Source: Heterodontus francisci
Taxonomy: Eukaryota
Direction of reading: 5' to 3'
DNA length: 64,000 nt
NCBI RefSeq assembly: GCF_036365525.1
Contig: NC_090399.1
Location: forward strand, 42,316,430-42,380,429
Part shown: positions 23,639-36,357 of the stretch, piece by piece
Numbering within the stretch: position 1 is the stretch's first letter
Layout of the letters: every line of letters starts with the position of its first letter
Notes under the pieces: generated by a model
Seen by the model: the letters and a program-made list of their open reading frames with translations, nothing else
Told to the model about the DNA's origin: nothing
Database searches by the model: none
Position numbers and translations under genes: made by a program

Positions 23639-23930
23639 GGGCGGCGCAGTGGTTAGCACCGCAGCCTCACAGCTCCAGGGACCCGGGTTCGATTCTGGGT
23701 ACTGCTTGTGCGGAGTTCTCCCTGTGTCTGTGTGGGATTTCGCTGGGTGCTCCGGTTTCATCCCACATCCAAAGACTTTCAGGTGATAGGTAAATTGGCC
23801 GTTGTAAATTGCCCCTAGTGTAGGGAGCTGATAGGGAATATGGGATTACTGTAGGGTTAGTGTAAATTGGTCGGCACAGACTCGGTGGGCCGAAGGGCCT
23901 GTTTCAGTGCTGTATCTTTAAATAAATAAA
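23639..23930 (+). mobile_element. tRNA-derived SINE, HE1/V-SINE-like
   Basis: A-box-like GCAGTGGTTAGC, B box GGTTCGATTC, V-domain-like core (GGAGTT..CTCCCTGTGTCTG..GGGTGCTCCGGTTTC..CCCACATCCAAAGA), CR1-like tail GGGCCGAAGGGCCTGTTTCAGTGCTGTA followed by TAAA repeats. Confidence 0.85.
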
Positions 23931-24139
23931 ATTACCTGGAACTTGGTGCACTAACCTTTCAATACATTAAAGGTGATATATAAATATAAATTATTGTTAT
24001 AATCTGTGTGGCCTCCTCCTGCAGCATCATCTACAATATGATGAGCTCTGAGACCCAAAATCTGCAGCTTCTTGGAGCTCAGCATTGGAGTGCGGACTGT
24101 TAACACCATGTGAGGTGGGGGAGCTCTTGAATATAACCC

Positions 24140-25045
24140 CAGAGAATTTTATATCGAAGTTTGCTGTCGACACTAAGTCGGGTGGCTCAGTAAATTGTGT
24201 GGACAGGAGGCAGGAAGTTACAAAGAGACACTGACAGATTAAATGAATGGGCAAAACTATGGAAGATGGAGTTCACTGTGGGGAATATGAGATCATCCAC
24301 TTTGGGTCCAAGAAAGATAAATGGGTATATTTTCCATCCGGTGGGAAACTTGAACCTGGGGAGAGCAAATGGAGAAATCATTACAGACCTGTGGACAGGG
24401 ACAATAAGGATTTGGAAAGCTGGCCTTTATCTTGAGGGGACTGCAATACAAAGGGGTGAAAGTTATGTTCCAGTTTATATAAAGCTCTGGTCAGACTCCA
24501 TCTGGAGTAACTGTGTTCAGTTCTGGGCCCCGGACCTCAGGAAGGATAGATTGGTCTTGGGGAGAGAGCAACACAGATTCACCAGAATGATCCTGGGAGT
24601 TAGAGGGTTAAATTACGAGGCCATGTTGTTTAGACTCGGCTTGTATTCTCTCCATTATGGAAGATTGAAGGTGATGTGATCGAGGTGTTTAAAATGTTAC
24701 AAGGATTTGATAGAATCAATATGAAGAAACGATTTCCCCGAGTGGGGGAATCAAGAACGAGGAGACATAATCTTAAAATTAGAGCCAGACTGTTCTGGAG
24801 TGAAATCAGGAAGCACTTCTTCACACAAAGAGCAGTGGAAACCTGGAACTCTCTTCCCCCAAAAGGCTGTGGATACACGGGATCAATTGATGCTTTCAGA
24901 GCTGAGATAGACTTTTGTTGGATCAGTGTCTCGACGGAGATTGAGCAAACGTAGGAAAATAGAGTTGAGACATAGATCAACCATGATCTAATTGAATAAT
25001 GGAACAGGCTCAAGGGGCTGAATACTCTACTCCTGTTCTTATGTT
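24140..25045 (+). mobile_element. CR1 LINE 3' fragment
   Basis: LQRDTDRLNEWAKLWKMEF, CVQFWAP, FFTQRAVETWNSLP; tail ctactcctgttcttatgttc. Confidence 0.85.
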
Positions 25046-25199
25046 CCTCTCTCTCCATCTCTCCTGCCCCATATCCCTGTCCCTCAGTCCGCTGTCCACA
25101 CCCTGCTCCCACCGTGGTCTCTCCTTCTCCAGCCCCAGTACCGAGCCTGCTCCCGTCTCCTTCAGACTCCATTACCCACTGAGCAAGGGGAAATGCTCC

Positions 25200-27265
25200 G
25201 GTAAAAAGAATAACAGGGAAGGTGAAGGGTAGGGGAGATTAAATGACAAAAGGGTTGATGGTGGAAAGCCAAAGGGAGTGGCAATGGGACAAGTAAAGAA
25301 ACAAAAGTTGAGTCTGGAGGTGTAAATGACGGAATCATGAACAGCTGCTTCCGAAAGCAAAAACAATAGAAAAACGAGTTAAAATCAAAATCTGCAAAAA
25401 AAAAGGAAACAAGAAAGGGGCCAGAGATGACAATCTGAAATTGTTGAACTCAATGTTGAGTCCAGAAGGCTGTAAAGTGCCTCAATGAAAGATGAGGTTC
25501 AGTTCCTCGAGATTCAATTGAGCTTCATTGGAACAGGAAGCCGAAGACAGAGAGATCAGAGTGGGAGCAAAGCGGAAAATTACAATGGAAGGCTGCTGGA
25601 AGCTCGGGATCCTGCTTGCAGATTGAACAGAGGTGTTCTGCAAAGCAATCACCCAATCTGCATTTCATCTCCCAAATGTAGAGCAGACCACATCGTGAGC
25701 AGTGAATACAGGAGACTAAATTGAAAGTACACAAAAATTGCTCTTTTACCTGGAAGGACTCTGTGGCCTTGGAAAGTGAGAAGGGAGGAACTAAATGGAC
25801 AGGTGTTACATCTCCTGTGCTTGCAACGGAAAGGGGCCCAGGAAAGGGGAGAGGCTGTTGGGGGTGATTGAGGAGTGGACCAGGGTGTCGTGGAGGGAAC
25901 TGTCCCTTTGGAATGTTGAAACCGGAGGGGGGAGATGCATTTGGTGGTCGTATCATGCTGGAGGTGGTTCAAATGGCCAAGGATGATCTGTTGAATACGG
26001 AGGCTGGTGGGGTGAAAGGTGGGGACAAGGGGAACTTCATCATGGTTCTGGGAGGGGAAGGGGTGAGGGCAGAAGTGCAGGAAATGGGACGGACACGGTG
26101 GGGGGACTCCTTGGTTGAGGAAAAAGGAAGACATATCGGAAGCATTGGGATGAAAGGTTGCATCATCAGAACAGATATGATGGAGACGGAGAAACTGGGA
26201 GATTGAAATGGAGTCGGAGTGTGAGGAAGAGTAATCGAGTTAGCTGAAGGAATCAGTGGGCCTATTGTGAATATTGGCTGATTGTCTCCATTCCTGGATG
26301 TAGGCTGAGAGGTCAGGGAAGGGAAGAGTTGGAGATGCAATATGGGAAGGTGAGTGAAGGGTGGAAATTGGAAGTTGATGCAATTTTCCAGATCAGTGTG
26401 ATATCAGGAAATGGCACCAATACACTTTGTTTCCAATTTCCACTGATGAAAGGTCACAGACCTGAAACTTTAACTCTGTTTCTCTCTTCACAGATGCTGC
26501 CAGACCTGCTGTGCATTTCCAGAACTGTTTTAATTTCAGATTTCCAGCATCTGCATTATCTTTTATTTTAGCGATTTAATTAAAGCTCTTTCAATCTAGT
26601 ATACTGTATTCACTGCTCAGAATGTGATCTCCTCTGCAATGTGGAGAAAGCAGATTGGGTGACCGCTTTGCAGAACATCTCCATTCAGTTCGCATGCGTG
26701 ACCCAAGCTTCCCGTTCCGTTATTTTAATTCTCCACCTTGCTCCCACTCTGACATCTCTGTCTTCAGCCTCATACACTGTTTCAATGAAGCTCGAGGAAC
26801 AGAACCTCATCTTTCAATAAGGCATTTGACAGCCTTCCAGACTCAACATTGAGTTCAACTATTTCAGATTGTAATCCCTTCCTTTTTCTTTGCGGGTTTC
26901 AGTTTTACTTTTGTTTTTATTCCTTTTCTTTGCTTTAGAAGGGCAGGTTTTCATGATTTTGCCAATCACACCTCCTCTTTACTTGTCCCATTACCACTCC
27001 CTTTGGCCTTGCAGCAACAACCCTTTTTTTCATTTAATCCCTTCTCCCGTCCACCCGATTACAGACATTCCCTTTTGCTCTATTTCCAACCTTCCCCGTT
27101 CCACCTGCTTAAACCCGATTACATTCCGAACATTTCCCAGTTCTGACAAAAGGGCATCGATCTTAAACGTTGGCAGTTTTGGCATCATCTGTAGAGAAAT
27201 TGTTGAGTATTTCCAGCATTTTCTATTTTTATTCAGATTTCCAGCAACCACAGTATTTTGCTCTT
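25200..27265. mobile_element. Penelope-like element remnants (GIY-YIG endonuclease) in both orientations
   Basis: Minus strand NLVSCIHCSRCGLLYIWEMKCRLGDCFAEHL (25525-25956) and PLVPTFHP; plus strand GDRFAEHLHSVR (26655-26852). Confidence 0.75.
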
Positions 27266-27269
27266 GTAT

Positions 27270-27392
27270 TGATGCCCCAGTATCCAGCCTGGCACTGTCC
27301 CTCTCACACCCCATTACTCACTGACTGAGGATTAATGCCCCAGCACCCAGTCTAGCACTATCCCTCTCACACACCATTATTTACTGACTGAG
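27270..27392. repeat. 63-bp minisatellite, segment 1 (~2 units)
   Basis: GCCCCAGTACCCAGTCTGGCACTGTCCCTCTCACACCCCATTACTCACTGACTGAGGGTTAAT-type units. Confidence 0.85.
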
Positions 27393-30175
27393 AACAACAA
27401 AGAACAAAGAAAATTACAGCACAGGAACAGGCCCTTCAGCCGTCCAAGCCTGTGCCGATCCAGATCCTCTATCTAAACATGTCGCCTATTTTCTTAGGGT
27501 CTGTATCTCTTTGCTTCCTGCTCATTCATGTATCTGTCTAGATACATCTTAAAAGAAGCTATCGTGCCCGCGTCTACCACCTCCGCTGGCAACGCGTTCC
27601 AGGCACCCACCACCCTCTGTGTAAAGAACTTTCCACACATATCCCCCCTAAACTTTTCCCCTCTCACTTTGAACTCGTGACCCCTAGTAATTGAATCCCC
27701 CACTCTGGGAAAAAGCTTCTTGCTATCCACCCTGTCTATACCTCTCATGATTTTGTACACCTCAATCAGGTCCCCCCTCAACCTCCGTCTTTCTAATGAA
27801 AATAATCCTAATCTACTCAACCTCACTTCATAGCTAGCGCCCTCCATATAAGGCAACATCCTGGTGAACCTCCTCTGCACCCTCTCCAAAGCATCTACAT
27901 CCTTTTGGTAATGTGGCGACCAGAACTGTACGCAGTATTCCAAATGTGGCCAAACCAAAGTCTTATACAACTATAACATGACCTGCCAACCCTTGTACTC
28001 AATACCCCGTCCGATGAAGGAAAGCATGCCGTATGCCTTCTTGACCACTCTATTGACCTGCGTTGCCACCTTCAGGGAACAATGGACCTGAACACCCAAA
28101 TCTCTCTGTACATCAATTTTCCCCAGGACTTTTCCATTTACTGTATAATTCACTCTTGAATTGGATCTTCCAAAATGCATCACCTTGCATTTGCCCTGAT
28201 TGAACTCCATCTGCCATTTCTCTGCCCAACTCTCCAATCTATCTATATTCTGCTGTATTCTCTGACAGTCCCCTTCACTATCTGCTACTCCACCAATCTT
28301 AGTGTCGTCTGCAAACTTGCTAATCAGACCACCTATACTTTCCTCCAAATCATTTATGTATATCACAAACAACAGTGGTCCCAGCACAGATCCCTGTGGA
28401 ACACCACTGGTCACACGTCTCCATTTTGAGAAACTCCCTTCCACTGCTACTCTCTGTCTCCTGTTGCCCAGCCAGTTCTTTATCCATCTAGCTAGTACAC
28501 CCTGGACCCCATGCGACCTCACTTTCTCCATCAGCCTACCATGGGGAACCTTATCAAACGCCTTACTGAAGTCCATGTATATGACATCTACAGCCCTTCC
28601 CTCATCAATCAACTTTGTCACTTCCTCAAAGAATTCTATTAAGTTGGTAAGACATGACCTTCCCTGCACAAAACCATGTTGCCTATCACTGATAAGCCCA
28701 TTTTCTTCCAAATGGGAATAGATCCTATCCCTCAGTATCTTCTCCAGCAGCTTCCCTACCACTGAGTTCAGGGTCACTATAATAATGCTATAATTACCTG
28801 GATTTTCCCTGCTACCCTTCTTAAACAAGGGGACAACATTAGCAATTCTCCAGTCCTCCGGGACCTCACCCGTGTTTAAGGATGCTGCAAAGATATCTGT
28901 TAAGGCCCCAGCTATTTCCTCTCTCGCTTCCCTCAGTAACCTGGGATAGATCCCATCCGGACCTGGGGACTTGTCCACCTTAATGCCTTTTAGAATACCC
29001 AACACTTCCTCCCTCCTTATGTCGACTTGACCTAGAGTAATCAAACATCTGTCCCTAACCTCAACATCCGTCATGTCCCTCTCCTCGGTGAATACCGATG
29101 CAAAGTACTCGTTTAAAATCTCACCCATTTTCTCTGACTCCACGCATAACTTTCCTCCTTTGTCCTTGAGTGAGCCAATCCTTTCTCTCGTTACCCTCTT
29201 GCTCCTTATATATGAATAAAAGGCTTTGGGATTTTCCTTAACCCTGTTTGCTAAAGATATTTCATGACCCCTTTTAGCCCTCTTAATTCCTCGTTTCAGA
29301 TTGGTCCTACATTCCCGATATTCTTTCAAAGCTTCGTCTTTCTTCAGCCTCCTAGACCTTATGTATGCTTCCTTTTTCCTCTTAGCTAGTCTCACAATTT
29401 CACCTGTCATCCATGGTTCCCTAATCTTGCCATTTCTATCCCTCATCTTCACAGGAACATGTCCCTCCTGCACGCTAATCAACCTCTCTTTAAAAGCCTC
29501 CCACATATCAAATGTGGATTTACCTTCAAACAGCTGCTCCCAATCTACATTCCCCAGCTCCTGCCGAATTTTGGTATAGTTGGCCTTCCCCCAATTTAGC
29601 ACTATTCCTTTAGGACCACTCTCGTCTTTGTCCATGAGTATTCTAAAACTTACGGAATTGTGATCACTATTCCCAAAGTAGTCCCCTACTGAAACTTCAA
29701 CCACCTGGCCGGGCTCATTCCCCAACACCAGGTCCAGTATGGCCCCTTCCCGAGTTGGACTATTTACATACTGCTCTAGAAAACCCTCCTGGATGCTCCT
29801 TACAAATTCTGCTCCATCTGGACCTCTAACACTAAGTGAATCCCAGTCAATGTTGGGAAAATTAAAATCTCCTACATCTTTCCATAATCTGTTTACATAT
29901 TTGTACCTCTATCTCACGCTCGCTGTTGGGAGGCCTGTAGTACAGCCCCAACATTGTTACTGCACCCTTCCTATTTCTGAGTTCTGCCCATATTGCCTCA
30001 CTGCTCGAGTCCTCCATAGTGTCCTCCTTCAGCACAGCTGTGATATCCTCTTTGACCAGTAATGCAACTCCTCCACCCCTTTTACCTCCCTCTCTATCCC
30101 GCCTGAAGCATCGATATCCTGGGATATATAGTTGCCAATCATGCCCTTCCCTCAACCAAGTCTCAGCAATAGCAA
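27393..30175 (-). mobile_element. Relatively young CR1 LINE ORF2 (endonuclease with internal deletion, plus RT)
   Basis: 585-aa and 158-aa ORFs separated by one stop: KSPGPDG, QHGF, YMDFSKAFDKVPH, GVPQGSVLGPLLF, KFADDTK; tail (ttctttg)n. Confidence 0.95.
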
Positions 30176-30184
30176 TTACTTATT

Positions 30185-30736
30185 AAGGGTTAAGCCCAAG
30201 TACCCAGTCTAGAACTGTCCCTCTCACACACCATTACTCACTGACTGAGGGTTAATGCCCCAGTACCCAGTCTGGCACTGTCCCTCTCACAATCCATTAC
30301 TCACTGACTGAGGGTTAATGCCCCAGTACCCAGTCTAGCACTATCCCTCTCACACCCCATTACTCACTGACTGAGGGTTAATGCCCCAGTACCCAGTCTA
30401 GCACTATCCCTCTCACACCCCATTATTCACTGACCAAGGATTAATGCCCCAGTACCCAGTCTAGTACTATCCCTCTCACACCCCATTACTCACTGACCAA
30501 GGATTAATGCCCCAGTACCCAGTCTAGCACTATCCCTCTCACACCCCATTACTCACTGACCGAGGGTTAATGCCCCAGTACCCAGTCTAGAACTGTCCCT
30601 CTCACAATCCATTACTCACTGACCAAGGATTAATGCCCCAGTACCCAGTCTAGCACTGTCCCTCTCACACACCATTATTCACTGACTGAGGGTTAATGCC
30701 CCAGTACCCAGTTGGCTCTGTGTCTCACACCCCATT
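30185..30736. repeat. 63-bp minisatellite, segment 2 (~9 units)
   Basis: Direct tandem repeats of the same unit. Confidence 0.9.
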
Positions 30737-32646
30737 AAGAACATCAGAAATAGGAACAGGAGTAGGCTATTCGGCCCCTCAAGCCTGCCCTGCCAATCAA
30801 TAAGATCACGGCTGATCTGCCCAAGACCTCAACTCCTCTGCCATGCCAGCTCCTCATAGCCCTCAACTCCCCAATATTTCAAAAATCTACCTCTTTTTTA
30901 AATACTTTCAGTGATCTAGTCTCCACAACTTTCTGGGGGAGAGAATTCCAGACATTCACTACCCTCTGAGAGAAGAAATTCCTTCGCATCTCAGTTTTAA
31001 ATGAGTGTCCCCTTATTCTGTAACTATGTCTCCTAGTTTGAGATTCCCCCACTAGTGAAACATCTTCTCAACATCTACCCTGTAAAGCCGCCTCAGTATC
31101 TTGTACCTTTCAATAAGATCACCCCTCATTCTTCTAAATTTCGAATGAATAAAGGCCTAACCTGTTTAGCTGTTCTTGATAAGTCAACCCCTTCATCCCA
31201 GGAATCAGCCTCGTGAACCTCTTTTGAACTGCCTCCAATGCCAGTAAATCCTTTCATAAATACGGGGACCAAAATTAGACGCAGTACTCCAGGTGCGGTC
31301 TCACCAACACCCGGTACAGTTGTAATAAGATTTACCTATTTTTAAACTCCAACCCCCGAGCAATAAAGGCCAAAATTCCTTTTGCCGCCTTAGTTACTTG
31401 CTGCACCTGCATGCTAACTTTGTGTTTCATGCACAAGAACACCCAAATCCCTCTGTGCATTTAAATAATAGTCTGCCTTTTGATCTCACACTTCCCCACA
31501 TTAAACTCCATCTGCCAGGTTTTTGCCCACTCACTCAACCTATCTATATCCCCTTTCAGATTCCTTATGTCCTCATCACAACATGGCTTCCCACCTATTT
31601 TGTATCATTAGCAAATTTGGATATATTACACTCTGCTCCCTCCTCCAAGTCATGAATATAGATAGTAAATAATTGAGGCCCCAAGCCTGATCCTTATGGC
31701 GCTCCATTAGTTATGTATTTCCAACCTGAAAAAGACCCATTAATCCAGAATCTGTCTTCTGTGAGTTAACCAATCCTCAATCCATGCTAATACATTACCC
31801 CCAATACCATGAGCTCCTATCTTGTGCAATAATCTTTTATGTGACACCTTATCAAATGCCTTCTGGAAATCTAAATACACTCCATCTACCGGTTCCCCGT
31901 TATCCCAAATAACTCTAGCAAATCTGTCAAACATGATTTCCCTTTCACAAAACCATGTTGACTCTGTTTGATTACGTTAAGCCTTTCTAAATGTCCTGCT
32001 ATTTCTTTCTTAATAATGGACTCCAGCATTTTCCCAATGACCGATGTTAAGCTGACTGGCCTGTAGTTTCTTGCTTTTTGTTTCCCTCCCTTCTTGAACA
32101 GGGGCATCACATTAGTGGTTTTCCAATCCGCTGGACCCTCCCAGAATCCAGTGAGTTCTGGAATATTTCGACCAATGCCTCCACTATCTCTGCAGCCACC
32201 TCCTTTAAAACCCTTGGATGTAGGCCATCAGGTCCTGGGAACTTGTCTGCCTTTAGCCCCATTAGTTTGTCAAATACTTTGTCCATCGTGATAGAGACTG
32301 TTACAAGATCTTTCCTCCCATTAGCTCCTTGCTTATCTGATATCTGTGGGATGTTTATAGTGTCCTCCACCGTGAAGACTGATGCAAAATACTGGTTTAA
32401 ATTATCTGCCATTTCCCTGTTCCCCGTTATCAGTTCTCCAGTTGCATCCTCCAAGGGTCCCACACTCACTTTAGCTACTCTCTTTTTATATATCCGTAGA
32501 AGCTCTTGCTGTTTGCTTTTATATTTTTTGCCTATTTACTTTCAGAATCAATTGTCTCCCTCATTATTAGCTTTTTAGTCATCCACTGCTGGTTCCTAAA
32601 AAATTCCCTGTCGACTGGCCGACCATTAGTTTTTGCTGCTTTTTTA

Positions 32647-35600
32647 AAAATTCATTCATGGGATGTGGGCGTCGCTGGCCAGGCCAGCATTTATTGCCCA
32701 TCCCTAATTGCTTTTGAGAAGGTGGTGGTGAACTGCCTTCTTGAACCGCTGCAGTCCATTTGGGGTAGGTACACCCACGGTGCTGTTAGGAAGGTTGTTC
32801 CAGGATTTTGACCCAGCAACAGTGAAGGAACAGCAATATAGTTCCAAGTCAGGATGGTGTGTGACTTGGAGGGGAACTTGCAGGTGGTGGTGTTCCCATG
32901 TATTTGCTGCCCTTGTCCTTCTAGTTGGAAGAGGTCGCGGGTTTGGAAGGTGCTGTCTGAGGAGCCTTGGTGCATTGCTGCAGTGCATCCTGTAGATCGT
33001 ACACACTGCTGCCACAGTGCGTCAGTGGTGGAGGGAGTAAATGTTTGTAGATGGGGTGCCAATCAAGTGGGCTGCTTTGTCCTGGATGGTGTCGAGCTTC
33101 TTGAGTGTTGCTGGAGTTGCACCCATCCAGGCAAGTGAAGAGTATTCCATCACTCTCCTGACTTGTGCCTTGTAGATGGTGGACAGGCTTTGGGGAGTCA
33201 GGAGGTGAGTTACTTGCCTCAGGATTCCTAGCCTCTGACTTGCTACTCCAGTTCAGTTTCTGGTCAATGGTAACCCCGAGGATGTTGATAGTGGGGGATT
33301 CAGCGATGGTAATGCTGTTGAATGTCAAGGGGAGATGGCTAGATTCTCTCTTGTTGGAGATGGTCATTGCTTGGCACTTGTGTGGCGCGAATGTTACTTG
33401 CCACTTATCAGCCCAGGCCTGGATATTGTCCAGGTCTTGCTGCATGTCTACACGGACTGCTTCAGTATCTGAGGAGTCACGAATGGTGCTGAACATTGTG
33501 CAATCATCAGCGAACATCCCCACTTCTGACCTTATGATTGAAGGAAAGTCATTGATGAAACAGCTGAAGATGGTTGGGCCCAGGACACTACCCTGAGGAA
33601 CTCCTGCAGTGATGTCCTGGAGCTCAAATGATTGACCTCCAACAACCACAACCATCTTCCTTTGTGTTAGGTATGACTCCAGCCAGCGGCGGGTTTTCCC
33701 TCTGATTCCCATTGACCTCAGTTTTGCTAGGGCTCCTTGATGCCATACTCGGTCAAATGCTGCCTTGATGTCAAGGGCAGTCACTCTCACCTCACCTCTT
33801 GAGTTCAGCTCTTTTGTCCATGTTTGAACCAAGGCTGTAATGAGGTCAGGAGCTGAGTGGTCCTGGCAGAACCCAAACTAAGCATCACTGAGCAGGTTAT
33901 TGCTAAGCAAGTGCCGCTTGATAGCACTGTTGATGACATCTTCCATCACTTTACTGATGATTGAGAGTAGGCTGATGGGGCGGTAATTGGCCGGGTTGGA
34001 CTTGTCCTGCTTTTTGTGTACAGGACATACCTGGGCAATTTTCCACATTGCAAGGTAGATGCCAGTGTTGTAGCTGTACAGGAACAGCTTGGCTAGGGGC
34101 GCGACAAGTTCTGGAGCACAGCTTTTCAGTACTATTGCCGGAATATTGTCAGGGCCCATAGCTTTTGCAGTATCCAGTGCCTTCAGTCGTTTCTTGATAT
34201 CACGCGGAGTGAATCGAATTGGCTGAAGTCTGGCATCTATGATGCTGGGGACTTCAGGAGGAGGCCGAGATGGATCATCAACTCGGCACTTCTGGCTGAA
34301 GATTGTTGCAAATGCTTCAGCCTTATCTTTCGCACTGATGTGCTGGGCTCCCCCATCATTGAGGATGGGGATATTTGTGGAGTCACCTCCTCCAGTTAGT
34401 TGTTTCATTGTCCACCACCATTCACGGCTGGATGTGGCAGGAGTGCAGAGCTTAGATCTGATCTGTTGGTTATGGGATCGCTTAGCTCTGTCTATCGCAT
34501 GCTGCTTACGCAGTTTGGCATGCAAGTAGTCCTGTGTTGTAGCTTCACCAGGTTGACATTTTGAGGTATGCCTGGTGCTGCACCTGGCATGCCCTGCTGC
34601 ACTATTCATTGAACCAGGGTTGGTCTCCTGGCTTGATGGTAATGGTAGAGTGGGGGATATGTCAGGCCATGAGGTTACAGATTGTGGTTCAGTACAATTC
34701 TGCTGCTGCTGATGGCCCACAGCTCCTCATAGATGCCCGGTTTTGCATTGCTAGATCTGTTTGAAATCTATCCCATTTAGCACGGTGATAGTGCCACACA
34801 ACACGATGGACGGTATCCTCAATGTGAAGGCGTGACGTCGTCTCCACAAGGACTGTGCGGTGGTCACTCCTACCAATGCAGTCATGGACAGAAGCATCTG
34901 CAGCAGGCAGATTGGTGAGGACGAGGTCAAGTATGTTTTTCCCTCGTGTTGGTTCCCCCAGCACCTGCCACAGACCCAGTCTAGCAGCTATGTTCTTTAG
35001 GACTCGGCCAGCTCGGTCAGTAGTGGTGCTACCGAGCCACTCTTTGTGATGGACATTGAAGTCCCCCACCCAGAGTACATTCTGTGCCCTTGCCACCCTC
35101 AGTGCTTCCTCCAAATGGTGTTCAACATGGAGGAGTACTGAGTCATCAGCTGAGGGAGGGCGGTAGGTGGTAATCAGTAGGAGGTTACCTTGCCCATGTT
35201 TGACCTGATGCCATGAGACTTCATGGGGTCCGGAGTCGATGTTGAGGACTCCCAGGGCAACTCCCTCCGTACTGTATACCACTGTCCCGCCACCTCTGGT
35301 GGGTCTGTTCTGCTGGTGGGACAGGACATACCCGGGGATGGTGACGGCAGTGTCTGGGACATTGTCTGTAAGGTATGATTCTGTGAATATGACTATGTCA
35401 GGCTGTTGCTTGATTAATCTGTGGGACAGCTCTCCCAACTTTGGAACAAGCCCCCAGATGTTAGTAAGGAGGACTTTTCAGGGTCGACAGGGCTGGGTTT
35501 GCCGTTGTCGTTTCCGGTGCCTAGGTCGATGCCAGGTGGTCTGTCCAGTTTCATTCCTTTTTAATGACTTCGTAGCGATTAGGTACAACTGAGTGGCTTG

Positions 35601-35840
35601 CTAGGCCATTTCAGAGGGCATGTAAGAGTTACCCACATTGCTGTGGGTCTTGAGTCACATGTATGCCAGACCAGGTAAGGACAGCAGATTTCCTTCCCTG
35701 AAGGACATTAGCGAACCAGATGGGTTTTTACAACAATCGACAATGGTTTCGTGGCCATCATTAGACTAGCTTTTAATTCCAGATTTATTAAACAAATTCA
35801 AATTCCACCTTCTGCTGTGGTGGCATTCGAACCCATGTCC
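32647..35840 (-). mobile_element. L2/CR1-superfamily LINE (APE + RT) with a tRNA/Deu-SINE-like 5' head and no ORF1
   Basis: PDIVIFTESYL, WVGDFNVHH, SDH, NYRPISLLS, DIKAAFDRVWH, GVPQGSVLGP, MFADD; 5' B box GGTTCGAATGCC (~35818-35829); tail ends in (TGAA)n. Confidence 0.85.
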
Positions 35841-36357
35841 CCAGAGAAATACCCTGGGTCTTTGTATGCCTTAGTTTTTGATTGGATACTCTCCTTGACT
35901 GCCTTTGTTAACCATGAGTGGTTCATCGTTCTCATCAGGTCCTTCTTTTTGGCCGCGATAAATTTTTGCTGAGCATTATGAAATATTTGCTTAAATGTCT
36001 GCCACTGCTCATCCACTGACCTTCCTGTGAGTCTATTTTCCCAGCCCGCTTTAGGCAACTCTTTCTTCATACCTCCGTAATTGCCCTTGTTTAAGTTGAG
36101 GACACTGGTTTGAGACCCGAGTTGCTTGCCCTGAAACTGAATTTGAAATTCTACCATGTTGTGATTGCTACCCCCTAGAGGATCCTGAACTACGATATCT
36201 CTTATTAATCCTACCTCATTGCACATTACTAGATCTAAAATAGCCTGTTTCTTGGTAGGTTCTGCAACGTATTGCTCTAAGTAACAATCCCTGATGCACT
36301 CTACAAATTTCTCTCCCATGTTATCTCTGCTAATCTGATTTGTCCAGTCAATATTAA

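Noticed and set aside
23639-23705. tRNA gene
   Set aside because: The A/B boxes run straight into a SINE body and LINE-like tail, so this is a SINE head.
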